From Octopus sinensis (lineage: Eukaryota): 64,000 nucleotides of DNA. Of the stretch, positions 60,732-64,000 are shown in pieces. Location of the stretch: assembly GCF_006345805.1 (NCBI RefSeq), contig NW_021836292.1, forward strand, positions 124,001 to 188,000, in the 5' to 3' direction. Every line of letters starts with the position of its first letter. The first letter of the stretch is position 1. Below the pieces are notes generated by a model. The model saw nothing but the letters and a program-made list of their open reading frames with translations, was not told the DNA's origin and did no database searches. Position numbers and translations under genes: made by a program.

Positions 60732-61145
60732 TATTTCTTTACTGCCCACAAGGGGCTAAACACAGAGGGGACAAGCAAGGACAGACAAACAGATCAAGTC
60801 GATTATATCGACCCCAGTGTGTAACTGGTACTTATTTAATCGACCCCGAAAGGATGAAAGGCAAAGTCGACCTCGGCGGAATTTGAACTCAGAACGTAGC
60901 GGCAGACGAAATACCTATTTCTTTACTGCCCACAAGGGGCTACACACAGAGAGGACAAACAAGGACAGACAAACGGATTAAGTCGATTATATCGACCCCC
61001 ATGCGTTATTGGTACTTATTTAATCGACCCCGAAAGGATGAAGGCAAAGTCGACCTCGACGGAATTTGAACTCAGAACGTAGCGGCAGACGAAATACAGC
61101 TAAGCATTTCGTCTGGCGTGCTAACGTTTCTGCCAGCTCGTCGCC
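60732..61145 (-). mobile_element. SINE family B with tandem 184-bp duplication and Tx1-like 3' tail
   Basis: Units start at 60732 and 60916; tail tttactgcccacaaggggctaaacacagaggggacaa. Confidence 0.85.
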
Positions 61146-61164
61146 CTATATAACCCATCATAAT

Positions 61165-61380
61165 CCTTTCCGCTACAGGCACAAGGCCTGGAACTTCTAG
61201 GGAGAGGCTAGTCGATTACATCGACCCCAGTGCTCAATTGGCACTTATTTGATCTACCCCGAAAGGGATGTAAAGCAAAGTCGACCTCAGCGGAATTTGA
61301 ATTCAGAACGTTCAAATTCAGGAGAAATGCTGCTAAGCATCTAGTCCGGCGTGCAAACAATTATGCTAGCACGCCTACTT
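61165..61380 (-). mobile_element. SINE family B, alternative tail
   Basis: Same core; tail aatcctttccgctacaggcacaaggcc. Confidence 0.75.
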
Positions 61381-61565
61381 ATTCGCCCGTTATAATATAT
61401 AAAGAAATATATTTGTATTCAAGCAACCGTGTGTGTGTATGTTTATAAATGAAACACGAAAGTTTGAACAATGAAACTTACCTTGTTGAAAACAGCTTCA
61501 GTGGATCAGACGAAAACTTATAACAATCTCAAATTTATATTGAATATTTTGTGTAAACATTCAGT

Positions 61566-61726
61566 GTACGTACGTACGTATGTATGTATGTATGTATGTA
61601 TGTATGTATGTATGTATGTATGTATGTATGTATGTATGTATGTATGCATGCATGCATGCATGTATGTATGTATGTATGTATGTATGCATGCATGCATGTA
61701 TGTATGTATGTATGGATGTATGTATG
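61566..61726 (+). repeat. (TATG)n microsatellite
   Basis: Direct reading. Confidence 0.97.
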
Positions 61727-61956
61727 TCTCTTCTATTTTTTAAATTATTATAATCTTCCAGTGAGGAGGGAGCCGGTTTCCAACAAAGATACAAGGCTCC
61801 ATCTTTCGGATGTAGTTAACACAGACAAATTCACATTCGGAACTTGAGAAAAGTCTTGCATATTTTTACTATTCCTCTCACAGATTGGACTTGTAATGTA
61901 AGAATCAGCCGGTCAACTTCTCTCTCTGAAAATCCCAGTTTATCTAGATTCTCCTT
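61727..61956 (-). mobile_element. R4-like REL LINE extreme 3' fragment inside (TATG)n
   Basis: KENLDKLGFSEREVDRLILTLQVQSVRGIVKICKTFLKF; 3' UTR cttgtatctttgttggaaacc matches 30100-30150. Confidence 0.8.
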
Positions 61957-62311
61957 GTATGTATGTATGTATGTATGTATGTATGTATGTATGTATGTAT
62001 GTATTATGTATGTATGTATGTATGTATGTATGTATGTATGTATGTATGTATGTATGTATGTATGTATGTATGTATGTATGTATGTATGTATGTATGTATG
62101 TATGTATGTATGTATGTATGTATGTATGTATGTATGTATGTATGTATGTATGTATGTATGTATGTATGTATGTATGTATGTATGTATGTATGTATGTATG
62201 TATGTATGTATGTATGTATGTATGTATGTATGTATTATGTATGTATGTATGTATGTATGTATGTATGTATGTATGTATGTATGTATGTATGTATGTATGT
62301 ATGTATGTATG

Positions 62312-62343
<32 letters not shown>

Positions 62344-62549
62344 TGTATGTATGTATGGTATGTATGTATGTATGTATGTATGTATGTATGTATGTATGTA
62401 TGTATGTATGTATGTATGTATGTATGTATGTATGTATGTATGTATGTATATGTATGTATGTATTATGTATGTATGTATGTATGTATGTATGTATGTATGT
62501 ATGCATGCATGCATGCATGCATGTATGTATGTATGTATGTATGTATGTA
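61957..62549 (+). repeat. ~600-bp (TATG)n microsatellite
   Basis: Direct reading. Confidence 0.98.
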
Positions 62550-62769
62550 CGTACGTACATACGTTCGTAAGTACGAAAGGGTGGATCGATCGATCGATCG
62601 ATCGACCGAAATTACCCTTAGATATATTTAGATGTCGCAGTGGAATACGGCTTATCATCCATCTAACAACAAACAGCCTCCCCTGTGAGGTACAGCGCAC
62701 CTTTTTGTAAGTTGATGCCACAGTAATGAACTCATGCACTTTGGAAAAAGAATGTGCTCAAACAGCCTT

Positions 62770-62920
62770 GTTCTCTTTCTTCGGAGAAACCACTCACAGC
62801 ATCCAGTAATATCAGGGACTTAGAAGTGAATGTTAACGGCAATCTCGGTTGGAGTGCTCACATCAATAATAAAGTCGACTGGCTCACATGATTTCCCACA
62901 AGGATGTCAATTCTCGTGAG
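62770..62920 (+). mobile_element. CR1-like RT fragment
   Basis: SNIRDLEVNVNGNLGWSAHINNKV (cf. RDLGV.VD.NL.WS.HI). Confidence 0.5.
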
Positions 62921-63250
62921 TGCACCTAGATGCCAGTGTTGGGTACAATACAGCAACCTGTAAGTAGGCATTAGAAACGGGTACCAAGTTGCAATTAGTA
63001 CCAGAAAAAGATCCATCTAGCAGTATGTTAGTGCCATGGTGGCATAAAATCGGGTAGGCTGTAAGCAAGGACTTCATTTAGGCACAGTTTATCTGGTCTG
63101 AAGGATATCGAGTCTAGTAACTAGTTACCACAATGAGATACATTCCATATAGTTGTATAGGGTCTTGCAGATAAATTGAGACCAATTTAAGCAGTTGACT
63201 TAGTGGGTTTAACATTTTATTTTTTGACAAAACCTTGCTATATATATATA

Positions 63251-63285
63251 CTAGCATTAAAGACCCGTCGTTGCCGGGTCATAGT
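63251..63285 (-). mobile_element. Helitron-like 3' terminus
   Basis: CTAG at 63251 with hairpin gacccg-tcgttgc-cgggtc about 10 bp away. Confidence 0.55.
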
Positions 63286-64000
63286 GCTAGTGCATGTATA
63301 TATGTGTATATATATGTGTACATATTACATGTACATCTATATATATATATACATCTACACATAAAATACAAAATACAAAGTTATATCTTGATATCGCTAG
63401 TGATAACAATACTCAAAATATATAACAGACTGGAATTGTTAGCCAGTCTCTTGTAATTTCGATCAATTGTATCTTGTCCTCCCTCTTGTATAGAAGTGTG
63501 GCTACAATCCAGCCTACCTCTACTTCTGGGGGGGAGGGGCATTTTAAATTTTTTTTTCCGGGACGTCCTACGTCCCAGATATAAAGGTAAAAATAAAATA
63601 TTTCTACTTTGCAAGTTCGAGTCGAGTACTCCCTTGCACGCTCCGTTGACTCGAACTTTGCTTCTATTGTGGCGAATTTACCGCCTCTGATTAGATAATT
63701 TTAATAGTCGCACCAAGACACTTTTCGAAGGTGCTTTCCTCCATGTGTTCAAATCTTCTTTTTTCTCTACATTGTATACTTTATAGACAATAGTCTTTTC
63801 TTTAATTTAATTTTTTATTATTCATCTGGACTATTCCATTTCTGCACGCTAATCTTATTTTTAATTTATTCCCATTCATGTGAAACCACTTATTCAAGTT
63901 CAAGTCATTGATGCAATTTTATACCAATTGCTATTTTTACTTTTTGTTTGTTACGATTATATTATACTTTAGTTTGATTTTAATTATTACTTACTACATA

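Overview
Repeat-saturated, AT-rich eukaryotic DNA. The SINE families and extreme (TA)/(CA)/(GATA)/(CATA) microsatellite density point to an octopus-type cephalopod genome (recognition, not a database hit). No host gene exon could be supported. The window holds three Tx1/L1-clade LINE copies (one full length, ~6.2 kb), each bracketed on both sides by (GATA)n in the same orientation. It also holds three fragments of an R4/Dong-like restriction-endonuclease LINE tied to (CATA)n, two Penelope-like elements (one split by a CR1-like LINE), CR1-type 3' fragments, several Tc1/mariner, hAT, Tigger and Helitron relics, at least three SINE families, several hairpin/MITE elements and hammerhead-like motifs. 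Main leads: two independent microsatellite-targeting retrotransposon systems (Tx1-GATA and R4-CATA), a SINE whose 3' tail matches the Tx1 LINE 3' end, and Penelope-associated minimal hammerhead motifs. All alignments and coordinates were read by eye and may be off by a few bases.
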